Shown here piece after piece: positions 12,479 to 25,345 of a stretch of DNA of 64,000 nucleotides; position 1 is the stretch's first letter; each line of letters opens with the position of its first letter. The DNA is taken from NCBI GenBank assembly GCA_963726745.1, contig CAVSDR010000003.1, forward strand, positions 640,001 to 704,000. Direction: 5' to 3'. The position numbers and the translations under genes are program-made. The notes under the pieces are model-generated. The model ran no database searches and was not told the DNA's origin. It saw nothing but the letters and a program-made list of their open reading frames with translations. The DNA is from an uncultured Verrucomicrobiae bacterium. Lineage in GTDB: Bacteria; Verrucomicrobiota; Verrucomicrobiia; Chthoniobacterales; UBA10450.

Positions 12479-13130
12479 AAATAAACAGCCGATTGTTAAA
12501 CGGCCCCTGCCCCCACATCGGATACTCCGCGGTCTCGAAGGCCGCGGAAGTGAACGGCGCGCAAATCGACTCGCGCGTCGCGAAGTGCAGCGGCACGGTC
12601 ACGTTCCAGGAAACGCCCTGCGCGAAGCGCTCCATCACATGCGTGGCCCAGTAGCGCAGCGAGCCATCGCGCGGGCAGTCTCGCAGGAAGACCAAACCGT
12701 TTTCCGAGACCTGCGCCGCCGCCATCCGCAGGAGCTCGGCCTGCGCCGTGGGCTCGAGGTAATGGAGCACGTCGAGGAGGGTCAAATGCCCGCGCACCGG
12801 CGGGAGCGCGCGGTGGGCGCATTGCTTGAGAAAAGTGATGTCGCCGTAGTTTTCCGCAGCGATCGCGGCCGCGCGATCGACTTTCCGCTCGTCGATGTCG
12901 AGGCCAGTGATCGCAGGAGCAAAGCCGCGCTCGCGCAGGTAAAACGGGAGCAAACCGACGCCACAGCCGATGTCGAGCAGCGGCTCCGGATGGGCGTGCA
13001 AGCGCTCGTAAACCGCGGCGAAAACGCCGTCGCCCCGCAGCTTGCTCAGGGCGTAGGAGCGCAGCCAGCGCTCCGAATAATGGCCGGCCACGCGGCGGCA
13101 GGCCTCGTCGTGGGAACAGGGCCGGCTCAC
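12378..13130 (-). CDS. Class I SAM-dependent methyltransferase
   Basis: LLDIGCGVG, GLDID, LLDVLHYL motifs. Confidence 0.85.
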   Translation of the reverse strand: MSRPCSHDEACRRVAGHYSERWLRSYALSKLRGDGVFAAVYERLHAHPEPLLDIGCGVGLLPFYLRERGFAPAITGLDIDERKVDRAAAIAAENYGDITFLKQCAHRALPPVRGHLTLLDVLHYLEPTAQAELLRMAAAQVSENGLVFLRDCPRDGSLRYWATHVMERFAQGVSWNVTVPLHFATRESICAPFTSAAFETAEYPMWGQGPFNNRLFIFKRRPAAVVPAAGSHSGNRAWPAAGARVQDSGD

Positions 13131-14230
13131 GGCAGCGCGGGGTTGAGCAAGCCGAGATACCAGCGGAGCAACTGCGGGCCAAAGAACATCCAGATGAGCG
13201 CGCCGCCCGCGAGATAAGGACCGAAGGGCAACTTAGCCGACCAGACGCGTTTCCCGATCACGAGCGTGCCCAGGCCGACGATGGAGCCGAGGAGCGACCC
13301 GGCGAAGATGCTGAATAAAACTGCGCGCCAGCCGAGAAACGCGCCGATTGCGGCGAGGAATTTCAAGTCGCCGCGCCCCATCGCTTCGCGCGGAATTTGC
13401 AGCTCGCGGACCACGCCGGTGATGCTGCCGAGCTGATCAAGCTGCAACTCTTCCGCGCCCACTTGGACGCGGTTGTAATGGAAGCGCAGGTCGAGCGCGC
13501 CCAACGCGCGGCCATCGATCGCGGCCTCGTTGCATTGGAGGATGAGCTGGTCTTTTTCGCGCGCGAAATTCTCACTCCAGAGCCCGCGCTCGTCGCCCAC
13601 GACGAAGTCTGCGTCATCGCCCTGGCGCGTCCAACTGAAGGCCACCGGCGCGTCGAGCCGGATGCGTTTCTTGCCGAAGACGAGCTTGCCGCCTTCCAGC
13701 ACCAGCCAGAGGAGCGCATAGCCCAGCGCGGCCGAGCCTAACGAGTAGAGCAACGCCTGCCAGCGGACCGCGGTGAGCATTAACTCCGGCACCAGCAGGC
13801 TGGCCACCACCCCCGCGCCCACGCCACCGAGCGTAATCTCGTCCGGGATGATGTAATGCTCGAAGTCGATGAAAGTCGCAGCGATCAAGAGCGAGACCAG
13901 GACGAGATAAGCCAGCGCCATGTCCCAGGGAAAAGTGCGCCAGACCGCCAGGAAGAGCAGGGCCGTGAGCAGTTCGACCGCGAAATAACGGAAAGCGATC
14001 CGCGCCCCGCAATTCGCGCAGCGCCCGCGGAGCGTGAGCCAGCTGACGAGCGGCAAATTCTGGTGCCACGGGATCTGGTGCTTGCAGACGGGGCAGAAGG
14101 AACGCTTCGGTTCATTCACCGAAAGATCGAGCGGCAGCCGATAGATGCAGACGTTCAGGAACGAGCCCACGCAGGCCCCGAGAACGAAGGCAAAAACGTT
14201 AAAGAGAATTTCGTAGGCGAGCGGTTCCAT
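13127..14230 (-). CDS. pilD: Prepilin peptidase / N-methyltransferase (A24) with an internal insertion
   Basis: GSFLNVCIYRLP, RSFCPVC, GRCANC, IDFEHYIIPD, AMGRGD, LPFGPYLA. Confidence 0.9.
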   Translation of the reverse strand: MEPLAYEILFNVFAFVLGACVGSFLNVCIYRLPLDLSVNEPKRSFCPVCKHQIPWHQNLPLVSWLTLRGRCANCGARIAFRYFAVELLTALLFLAVWRTFPWDMALAYLVLVSLLIAATFIDFEHYIIPDEITLGGVGAGVVASLLVPELMLTAVRWQALLYSLGSAALGYALLWLVLEGGKLVFGKKRIRLDAPVAFSWTRQGDDADFVVGDERGLWSENFAREKDQLILQCNEAAIDGRALGALDLRFHYNRVQVGAEELQLDQLGSITGVVRELQIPREAMGRGDLKFLAAIGAFLGWRAVLFSIFAGSLLGSIVGLGTLVIGKRVWSAKLPFGPYLAGGALIWMFFGPQLLRWYLGLLNPALP

Positions 14231-14233
14231 TCG

Positions 14234-15016
14234 TTAGCCATTCCGGAGCCGCTCCGCGCGCCGTTGCATGAACCAGGCGATCCAGATGCAGCTTTCGTAG
14301 AGACCATACATCGGCAACGCCATCGCCAGGAGGCTGAGCACATCCGGCGTGGGCGTGATGAAAGCCGCGAGCACGAAGATGAGCACTACTGCGTAGGGCC
14401 GCGTTCGCGCCATCAGCGCATAAGTGACAAACCCGAGCCGCACGAGCGCGAGCACCACCACCGGCAATTCGAAGGCGAGCCCAAAGCCGATGGTGAAGCG
14501 GGTCACGAAGGAATAATATTCCTGCACCGTCCAGGCTGGCTGCCAGCCGAGCGACTGCGTGTCCTTGAAGAAAAACGCGATCGTGTTCGGCAACAAAAAG
14601 TAATAGCAGGCGAGCACGCCGGTGAGGAAAAGCGCGAAGCTTACAAAAATAGCCGGCAACATCAGCCGCTTCTCCACCGCGGTCAGCGCCGGGAGGATGA
14701 ACTCCGCGAGGAAGTAAAGCAGGAGCGGAAACGAGAGCACGATCCCGGCATAGAATGCGAGCGAGAAGGAGATCGTAATCGAGTCGGTGATCCCGAGCGC
14801 GCGCAGCGCCCCGATCTCCGGCGAAACCTTGTGCAGCGGGCGCTGCAGCAGATTTACCAGCTCCTCGCGAAAAGCGAACGCGAGGATCATGGTCACGAAA
14901 AGCGTGATCGCCATCTTCACGATCGTCCAGCGCAGGTCCTCGAGGTGTTCGAGGAACGGCTTGGCCGATTCGGTTTCCGGGATTTCCCGAAACTTGAAAA
15001 AATTCCGCAGCGCCAT
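14234..15016 (-). CDS. tatC: Twin-arginine translocase subunit TatC
   Basis: PFLEHLEDLR, FILPALTAVEKR, FGLAFELPV, AAFITPTPD, LYESCI. Confidence 0.92.
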   Translation of the reverse strand: MALRNFFKFREIPETESAKPFLEHLEDLRWTIVKMAITLFVTMILAFAFREELVNLLQRPLHKVSPEIGALRALGITDSITISFSLAFYAGIVLSFPLLLYFLAEFILPALTAVEKRLMLPAIFVSFALFLTGVLACYYFLLPNTIAFFFKDTQSLGWQPAWTVQEYYSFVTRFTIGFGLAFELPVVVLALVRLGFVTYALMARTRPYAVVLIFVLAAFITPTPDVLSLLAMALPMYGLYESCIWIAWFMQRRAERLRNG

Positions 15017-15024
15017 CTCGTCGG

Positions 15025-15630
15025 CTAATTCGGGCGCGCGAGGATCCCGCGCGCGAGCAGTTGCGCGCAAATGCTGAGCGTGTTCGCGTCGCGGATTTCG
15101 TTGGCCGCGATCATCGCCAGGAGCTCCGCGGGCGCAAACGCGCGGCAATCGAGGATGGATTCGGATTCATCGTGCGCCGGACCTTTTGCGCTCGGGACCA
15201 CCGGCCGGGCGAGAAAAAAATAGCCGCGCTCATCGGTAAATCCGGGCGAGGAAAAGAAATGTCCCAACGGAAGGAGCTCGCCCCCGGGGGCGAGTTCGTA
15301 GCCGGTCTCTTCGCGCAGTTCCCGCCGGGCCACCTCCGCGCTCGCCTCCGGCTCGGAAGCGCGGGCGTCATCGATTTGTCCCGCGGGCACTTCCCAAATC
15401 GCCGCCTCGATCGGCACCCGCTCCTGGCGAATCAGCACCAGCTCGCCGGCGGCCGTCATCGGCGCGATCACCACCGCGGCTTTGCGGTGGACCACCGTCC
15501 AGCGATGCGTTTGCGGCCGCGCCGGGCTGCGCACTTCCACGTTCGCGACGGAGAGGTGCGCATTGCTGAACACGGATTCCGCCGAGAGCATCTCCCACCC
15601 GGCTTCGGGCGCGCGGCTTTGGAACTTCAC
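15025..15630 (-). CDS. NUDIX hydrolase (ADP-ribose pyrophosphatase-like)
   Basis: WEVPAGQID...[11 protein letters not shown]udix box; SSPGFTDE. Confidence 0.9.
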   Translation of the reverse strand: MKFQSRAPEAGWEMLSAESVFSNAHLSVANVEVRSPARPQTHRWTVVHRKAAVVIAPMTAAGELVLIRQERVPIEAAIWEVPAGQIDDARASEPEASAEVARRELREETGYELAPGGELLPLGHFFSSPGFTDERGYFFLARPVVPSAKGPAHDESESILDCRAFAPAELLAMIAANEIRDANTLSICAQLLARGILARPN

Positions 15631-15770
15631 CGCGGAAGATTAGGAGGCGGCGGGCGAAAAGCGAATACTTGTGGCGCGGCTGCGCCTGTCGCGTGGCGTT
15701 GACACTCCGGGGTGGTCCGATAGGGTTGCCGCTCTTTCAAAAGAAACCGCTCTTCTCCATCTTTTCCGCC

Positions 15771-18578
<2,808 letters not shown>

Positions 18579-18579
18579 A

Positions 18580-20904
18580 CTACAACTTCGGATCGAACTT
18601 CCGCCACGCCGTCCAGGCGCGTTCCCAATTTTCCTGCGCGGCCCAGGCCTGGGCTTCGAGGAAATGGAAATACGCCGGAGCAGCCGGCTGGTCGGTGAAG
18701 CGGCGCACGGTGATGAGCGCGTCGGCTATTTTCCCGGCGCGCATCTGCTCCTGGTAAAGCGCGAGGCCGCCGAGGTAATCGTTCGGCGCGAAGCCTTGCG
18801 CCGGCGCGACGTTCGCGGTCTCGGGTAATTTTGGCGGCAGGCTAAAGCGCTGCGCAAGTTCCACGGCCGCGCGAAAGTCCCCCCGCTCCGCCTGCGCCTG
18901 CGCCACCGCCCGCCACGCCTGCGGCAGGAGCGACGGGTTTTCCTCCACGAGCACGAGCAGTCGCGCGCGCTCGCCCCGCTCGCGCCAAAGCGCGAATAGC
19001 TCCCGCTGTTGCCCCGCGCTCAAGCTTGCCAGCGCCGGATCGTGCGCCAGCAAACGCTCCAGTGCCGCCTCGAAATCCGCGCCCGTCGCGCGCGCGAGAA
19101 AAGTGAGCGCGAGGTCCGGCTGCACGCTCCCAAATTCGAGCAGCCGCCGCCGCACCGCGGGGTTGAGCTGGGTCGCGCTCGAGAGCATGCGCGCGTAGAG
19201 CGTGGCGCGCTCGGTTCCGGCGCGGCGCAAAGCCTCGCGCCATGCGGTCAACGTGAGTAATGGATCGCGCGTGACCCAGGCGAGCCCTTCCTGATACGGC
19301 ACCTCGAAAGAGGTCGACTCGAAGAAGCGCGCGCGGCGAAAATCCGCCAACGCCTCGTTAGGCCGGCCGGCGCCGACCTCGCCGAGCGCGCGCACGAAGT
19401 AGAGTTGCCAATCGAGCGGCGCCCACTGCAATCCGCGCGTAGCCTGCGCGATCACCGCCGGGTAATCGCCTTCCGCATTCGCTTTCGTGGCCAGGCGCCG
19501 GGCCGTATCCGCACCGATTCCGCCGGGAAGCGAAGAACTCCAGGCCCAGGTCCCACCGAGCACGATAAGCATCGCGCCCAGCCCGCGAAAAATAACCGGC
19601 AAGCTGCGGCTGCTCGTGGCCGGCCGATGGAGCGCGAGGGCAAACAAGAAGAGCCCCGCATAGGCCGAGCCGACCCGATGCCCGGAGACATCGACCAGGC
19701 CGTGCAGCGCGAAGAGCGAGGCCGCGAGCAGCGCGGCCAGGCGCAAGCGCACATTGGTTCCTTCGCCGAGCGGCGGGAAGCGCCGGAGAAGCAAGGCCGC
19801 GCCCAGCAGAAGCAAGACGACCGCAGGCCAGCCAAGCTCCGCCGCGGTCCACAGCCAATCACTTTCCGGATGGAGCACGCGATTCTGCCCGCTGGAGGCG
19901 TCGCGGAAAATCGAGAAGACCGGCGAGAAATTTCCCAAGCCAATGCCGGTCCAGGGCGAAGTCCGGATCAACTCCAGCGTGTCGCGAAAGATCAGCCAGC
20001 GAAAATCAGCCGACACATTGGCGCCCTCGCCGCCGCGCAAATGGAAGCGCTCAAGTGTAGCGCCGCCGAAAAGCAGCACCGCAGTCAACAGGACGAGCAA
20101 CGCCGAAAAACCGAGCGCAATCCGTGCCGGCGATCCGCTGCGCAGGACCAGCAAGCCGAGCCAGAACGCGCTCCCGACGACAAAAATCGCCAGGCCCGCG
20201 CGCGAGAAATTCAGGACCAACGCCACCGCGATCACGGCCACGCCGAGCAACCAAAAGACCCAGCGCTTCCTCCCTTTCCGCAGCTCCTCCTGCCCGCAAG
20301 CCAGCAGGATGACCGCGCTGATTCCAAGCAAGTCGGCGGTTTGATTGCGATTTGGGAATGGCCCAAAGCCGCGCTGGTTATGCCAGAACGGCAGCGCAGT
20401 TTTCGCGAGATAGAGGCCGATCATGAGCGCCGCCAGCAGGGCGACGCCGCCCGCAAAGACGCGCAATTGCCGGCGGAGCGCGTGGCCATCGAGCTCCTGC
20501 GCGCTCGCGTAGTAGAGCCACCCCAGCCCCGCGACCAGGCTGCCGAAGCCACCGGCGCTGATCCACGGTTGGGGCGACAAAGTAGCCGGCAGGATGAGAT
20601 TGAAATCGTTCCGCAAAACCTCCCGCCAGGCCGGCTGCGGAAACCAGCTCGCGGGCAAAAACGCCAGCGCGGCGCAGCTCACGAGCAGGAGCGCGACAAG
20701 GTGGAACCAAAGGCCCTGCGAGCGTCGCGGCGGATTAGCCAGCCAGATCACCCCAAGGAGCGCGACCACGATCCCCTCGGCCCATTTCTCGGTCGCGCCG
20801 CCGAGAAAGCAGGCCACCAGCGGCAGCGCCGGGACGGCAAAGTCGCGCCAATGCAGCGGCGCGCGATCCCCTCGGCGGAGGCGTTGGCGGCGGGGCTCTC
20901 CCAT
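18580..20904 (-). CDS. O-antigen ligase (Wzy_C) family membrane protein with C-terminal TPR-like region
   Basis: GPFPNRN, NFSRAG, RWLIFRD, GIGLGNF, HPESDWL..AELG, LHGLVD, followed by a helical Ala-rich C-terminal half. Confidence 0.8.
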   Translation of the reverse strand: MGEPRRQRLRRGDRAPLHWRDFAVPALPLVACFLGGATEKWAEGIVVALLGVIWLANPPRRSQGLWFHLVALLLVSCAALAFLPASWFPQPAWREVLRNDFNLILPATLSPQPWISAGGFGSLVAGLGWLYYASAQELDGHALRRQLRVFAGGVALLAALMIGLYLAKTALPFWHNQRGFGPFPNRNQTADLLGISAVILLACGQEELRKGRKRWVFWLLGVAVIAVALVLNFSRAGLAIFVVGSAFWLGLLVLRSGSPARIALGFSALLVLLTAVLLFGGATLERFHLRGGEGANVSADFRWLIFRDTLELIRTSPWTGIGLGNFSPVFSIFRDASSGQNRVLHPESDWLWTAAELGWPAVVLLLLGAALLLRRFPPLGEGTNVRLRLAALLAASLFALHGLVDVSGHRVGSAYAGLFLFALALHRPATSSRSLPVIFRGLGAMLIVLGGTWAWSSSLPGGIGADTARRLATKANAEGDYPAVIAQATRGLQWAPLDWQLYFVRALGEVGAGRPNEALADFRRARFFESTSFEVPYQEGLAWVTRDPLLTLTAWREALRRAGTERATLYARMLSSATQLNPAVRRRLLEFGSVQPDLALTFLARATGADFEAALERLLAHDPALASLSAGQQRELFALWRERGERARLLVLVEENPSLLPQAWRAVAQAQAERGDFRAAVELAQRFSLPPKLPETANVAPAQGFAPNDYLGGLALYQEQMRAGKIADALITVRRFTDQPAAPAYFHFLEAQAWAAQENWERAWTAWRKFDPKL

Positions 20905-21060
20905 CAGCTAAACTGGCACATCAGGTATGGGATTAGCTAAAAGAGAGCAAGGCCGCGAGACTGCGGCGAGGTCAAAGATGTCGTTCCCCCTGATTTTTCC
21001 CCGAGTTGAAGGCCGCGGAGCTTCACGTACGCTCCGCCTGGCGCCCGCCGCTTTCGTACT

Positions 21061-22468
21061 ATGGTGACCCAACGCACCGAAGGGCTCTACCGGGTTTTCC
21101 TGCTCTGCCAGATCCTGCTGGTGACGCTCCTCTTTTGGTTCGGCGTCTGGATCATGGTCACGTTCTACTCGGACGGGAACGAGCTCACCTGGCGCCGCTA
21201 CAGCATCTACTGCGTGCTCCTGGTCTTCGGTTTGCTCGCCGAATCGCTCGCGCGCGACGGCTCGAAAAATTACTTCCTGCAGAACGAGCTCCTGCGCCAG
21301 CACCGGCTCGCCTTCCGGCAAACGCTCGCCAGCACCGCGACCCTCGTCGCCTACCTGATCGCGATGCACGACACCTTCATCTCGCGCGTCTTCTTCTTCA
21401 ATTTCGTCCCCTGGCTCTACGTCGTCCTGCTTTTCTCGCATCACTGGCTGCCCTCGTTTCTCTCGCGCGGTATTTTCAAAAACGAGCGCGTGGAGAAAAC
21501 CCTCCTCGTCGGCTCGGCGGAAAAAGCCCGGGAACTTCGCGGCTGGCTCCGCCGCAAGGCCGATATCGGCCTGCGCACCATCGGTCGTCTTTCCGAGACC
21601 GCCGATGGCCAGCCGGACGACGTCCTCCCGGTGCTCGGGACGACTGATGACATCGAACGCGTCGTCCGCGAGCGCGGAGTCACGCAGGTGATCATGCTCG
21701 AGTTCCCGCTCTTCACCGAGCTGAACTACAAGATCATCCAGGTCTGCGATCAACTCGGCGTGCGCCTCCTGATTGTCAGCGACCTCGAGGAAAAGCTGCG
21801 CCACCCGGTGACGCACTTCGAGGACGATGGCTTCCGCTTCATCGGCCTGCGCGAGGAACCGCTGGAGAATCCGCTCAACCGTTTCTTCAAGCGCGCGATC
21901 GACATTGCGATTTCGCTGCCGGTGATGTTCGTCGTTTTTCCGGTGCTCGCGGCGATCGTTGCGCTCGCGCAGCGTCTGCAATCGCCCGGGCCGCTCTTCC
22001 ACGTGCAGACGCGCGCCGGCTTGCAGAATCGGCGCTTCCCCATCCTCAAGTTCCGCACGATGCACGCGGACCACGGCGAGCTCGCGCGCCAGGCGAGCGA
22101 TCGGCGACGAGCGCGTCTACCCGCTCGGGAAATGGTTTCGCAAACTGAGCGTCGATGAGGTCCCGCAATTCTGGAACGTCCTGCGCGGCGAGATGAGCAT
22201 TGTCGGCCCGCGGCCGCACTTGATCGAGCATAACGACGAGTTCTCCCAGCTCATGTCGAACTATCACGTGCGCACCTTCGTCAAACCGGGCATCACCGGC
22301 CTGGCCCAGGTGCGCGGCTTCCGCGGCGAAGCTCGCAGCAGCGCCGATATCGAGCGCCGCGTCGCCTGCGACATCGAGTATCTGGAAAATTGGAACCTCT
22401 CGCTGGAATGCGGCATCATTTTGCGCACTTGCGCGCAGATGCTCATCCCGCCCCCGAGCGCCTACTGA
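21061..22468 (+). CDS. Priming polyprenyl glycosylphosphotransferase (WcaJ-like), frameshift near 22100
   Basis: N-terminal TMs, KRAIDI, LKFRTM, RKLSVDEVPQFWNVLRGEMSIVGPRP, VKPGITGLAQV, DIEYLENW. Confidence 0.9.
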
Positions 22469-22473
22469 GCGGT

Positions 22474-23688
22474 TTAGGCCAGCGCTTTCAGCTCTTCGAG
22501 GAAGCCTTCGAAGACGGCCGTCTTCTCAAACTGTTGCACGTAAACCCGTCCGGCCGCGCCATACGCCACCAGCCGCGCCTCGTCCTGCGCCAGCGCGCGC
22601 AAGACGTCGGCTAACTCCTCGGGCCGTCCTGGCGGAATGTTCAGTCCGAAGCCGCCCTCGACCGTCGCCTCCGCGAGTTCGCTCTCCGGATCGGCCACGG
22701 TGATGACCGCTTTCGATTGCGCCAGCAAACCCAGCAGCTTGCTTGGGAAAAACGAGTTTCCGGAACCCGATTGCTGCGTGATGAAACAGACATCCGCCTC
22801 CGCTAGCAGTGCGGTGTAATCCGCGCCCTGCTGGAGTGGGAGCATGGAAATATTAGGCAGCGCCTCGGCGCGGATTTGCTCGCGCAAAACTTCGCGCTGC
22901 GCGCCATCGCCGCAGATCAAGAGATGCATCGGCACGTCGCGCAACCGGCGCGCCGCTTCCACGAGCACATCGAGCCCCTGCTTCACCCCGAGATTGCCCG
23001 CGTAAACCGCGAGGAATTTTCCCTCCGGCAGCCCGTTCTTCCGACGGAACTCGCCGCGCACATGCTCCGGCGTTTTAGCCAGCGAGATGGCGTTTGGGAA
23101 AAAGACCAGCTTCCGCTCCGGCACGCCTTTGCGGCGAAATTTCACCAGCATCCCGTGCGTGATTCCGGAGACCTTGGCCGCGTGCCGATAGGCGAACGCT
23201 TCCAGCCCGTAGAGCGCGCGGATAAACCAGCCCTCCTTCAGCATTCCCAGCCCCACCGCCGCATCCGGCTGCATGTCCTGCACATGGAAGACGTAGGGCG
23301 CGCGCTTGAGTTTGCCGACAAACCACGCAGCCGCGCCCAGCAGCAACGGCGGCGAAATCGCCACGTAAACGTCCGCCCGCGGCAAGCTCAGGCAGCGCAT
23401 CGTCGAAGTGAAAATAAACGTCGCCTCGTGCAGGATGCGCTTCAGCGCCGAGACGCGTTCCGGGACAAAATGCCAGCAGCGATGCACCGGCACGCCGTGG
23501 ATCACATCGGTGCGATAAAGTTTTCCCCGATCCTCCGGCAGCTTCCGCCACGTGGGGTAATACGAGAAAGTGCTCACCATCTCGACCTCGTGCCCGCGCT
23601 CATGGAGGAACTCGCAGAGCGCGACGCTATGCGGCGCGATCCCGGTGAACTCCGGCGCGTAATTGATTCCCCAAACAACGATCCTCAC
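22474..23688 (-). CDS. WcaI-like glycosyltransferase (GT4)
   Basis: GINYAPEFTGIA, HVQDMQPDAA, YAGNLGVKQGL, FPSKL. Confidence 0.88.
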   Translation of the reverse strand: MRIVVWGINYAPEFTGIAPHSVALCEFLHERGHEVEMVSTFSYYPTWRKLPEDRGKLYRTDVIHGVPVHRCWHFVPERVSALKRILHEATFIFTSTMRCLSLPRADVYVAISPPLLLGAAAWFVGKLKRAPYVFHVQDMQPDAAVGLGMLKEGWFIRALYGLEAFAYRHAAKVSGITHGMLVKFRRKGVPERKLVFFPNAISLAKTPEHVRGEFRRKNGLPEGKFLAVYAGNLGVKQGLDVLVEAARRLRDVPMHLLICGDGAQREVLREQIRAEALPNISMLPLQQGADYTALLAEADVCFITQQSGSGNSFFPSKLLGLLAQSKAVITVADPESELAEATVEGGFGLNIPPGRPEELADVLRALAQDEARLVAYGAAGRVYVQQFEKTAVFEGFLEELKALA

Positions 23689-24542
23689 GCCCCGGAATCC
23701 TCCCGCTTCTTCTGCAATTCAAAAGTCTTCGCGACCGAGAGGAACTCATAAAAGCCATGCAGCCGCGCGAAGTAATACCCTTCGCGCCCATCGAGAAAAC
23801 CCCGCTGCCAGACGTAAACGTAAAGGAACCGCAGCAGCCCGCGGAACGGCAGCCGATGCGAGAGCTGCTTCAACTTCCGCCGCCGATGGACCCGCTCGTG
23901 TTCCAATCCCGCCGAGCTGCCGGCTAGTTTCCGCTCCGTCGCCACCCGCGCTTCCCAGTTCGAGTAGCGATTGTGTTTCTCCACAAAAACTTCCACTGAA
24001 GGGAACGCGTAGTGATCCATCTCGCAGCGCAGTCGCCCGGTTGGTCCCTGCACGATCACGTGCTCGTGCACTTCGTTGTCGCCGCTCTGCGTGGCCGCTT
24101 CGGTCAACTTCTCGTAGCGCCCTAACGAGTGCTTGAAGAGGCGCAGGTTCCAGTTCGGGTAATAGGCGTGCTTCAGCCAGCGACCGAGAAAAAGGAAGCG
24201 CCGGTTGATCCAATAGCCAGCAACTTCACCGGGCGCGGTCACCGCCGCGCGAAACTCCGCCTCTGCCTCCGGCGGCAGGGTTTCGTCAGCGTCGAGAATG
24301 AAAATCCAGTCGTTCCGGAACGGCAGGTTCTCCAGCGACCAATTCTTTTTCTTCGGCCAGGTGCCGTTAAACGGGAACTGCACCACCTGCGCGCCGAACT
24401 TTTCCGCGAGCGCAATCGAGCCGTCGGTGCTGCCGGAATCGACCACGAAAATTTCATCAGCCCACGGAATCGAGCCGAGGCAACGCGGCAGATTTTCCGC
24501 CTCGTTCCGGATCGGGATGATGAAAGAAACCGGGACCTTCAT
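23685..24542 (-). CDS. Glycosyltransferase family 2
   Basis: IPIRNEAENL, VDSGSTDG, ILDADE, VHEH, KHNRYS, GFLDGREG. Confidence 0.9.
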   Translation of the reverse strand: MKVPVSFIIPIRNEAENLPRCLGSIPWADEIFVVDSGSTDGSIALAEKFGAQVVQFPFNGTWPKKKNWSLENLPFRNDWIFILDADETLPPEAEAEFRAAVTAPGEVAGYWINRRFLFLGRWLKHAYYPNWNLRLFKHSLGRYEKLTEAATQSGDNEVHEHVIVQGPTGRLRCEMDHYAFPSVEVFVEKHNRYSNWEARVATERKLAGSSAGLEHERVHRRRKLKQLSHRLPFRGLLRFLYVYVWQRGFLDGREGYYFARLHGFYEFLSVAKTFELQKKREDSGA

Positions 24543-25345
24543 GACGAGAGACGGGACTGGTGCACCGCCAGGAGCGAAAACGCCGGCACGCTCTCCCGGC
24601 ATGGCACGAGCGTGCGCCCATCGAAGAGCTCAAAGCCCCGCGCGCGCAAAAAATCCGGGATCGCTTTGCTTCCGTAGCCGTCGAGGTAAACCACCTTCAC
24701 CCGCCCCGCCTCGAAGAGCCGCGCCGCCCCCTCGAGCACCGGCAACTCGTGATCTTCCACATCGATCTTGAGCACCAGCGCGCCCGCCGGAAGCGAAAGG
24801 GCATCAAGTCGTTCACAAGGAATCTTCGCCATCTTGCCGTCTATTTCGGTGGTCACCTTGAAGACGCCGGAGGTCACGCCCGTGGCAAAGGAAAGCTCCG
24901 CGGCGCGGTCGGACGCGCCGATATTCAAGATCTCCACCGGCGTCCCCGCGAGCGATTGCCGCAAGCGCCCGGCCGTTCCGGGATTCGCCTCGATCGCGAC
25001 GAACCGATCCGCTGGGAACAAGTGCCGCGCGCGCGCCAGCACTGAGCTGTAGAGACCGACATTCGCGCCCACATCAACGAAGACGTCGCCCGGTTGCAGA
25101 AGCAGCGCGAGATTGATCAACGACGCCGCTTCATCGCGAAAGATCACGTTCTCCTCCGCGATCCGCGCGGCGCGGCAAAGCCCGATCTCGGCCCGCGTGT
25201 GCAGATGCAGGGGCGCGCCGAAAATCTCCACATCGATCTCGCGCTCCGGCACCAGGAGGCGGGTGAGCTGCACCCGCAGCTTTGGGTAGCGGAACATCAG
25301 CAGCCAAAACCAATGCCGCAGATGCTTCTTGCCCGGCAAACTCAT
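24539..25345 (-). CDS. FkbM-family methyltransferase
   Basis: Start MSLPGKKH at 25345; VDVGANVG, IEAN, LKIDVEDHELPVLEGA. The ORF track joins it to the upstream GT only because of a frameshift. Confidence 0.85.
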   Translation of the reverse strand: MSLPGKKHLRHWFWLLMFRYPKLRVQLTRLLVPEREIDVEIFGAPLHLHTRAEIGLCRAARIAEENVIFRDEAASLINLALLLQPGDVFVDVGANVGLYSSVLARARHLFPADRFVAIEANPGTAGRLRQSLAGTPVEILNIGASDRAAELSFATGVTSGVFKVTTEIDGKMAKIPCERLDALSLPAGALVLKIDVEDHELPVLEGAARLFEAGRVKVVYLDGYGSKAIPDFLRARGFELFDGRTLVPCRESVPAFSLLAVHQSRLSS

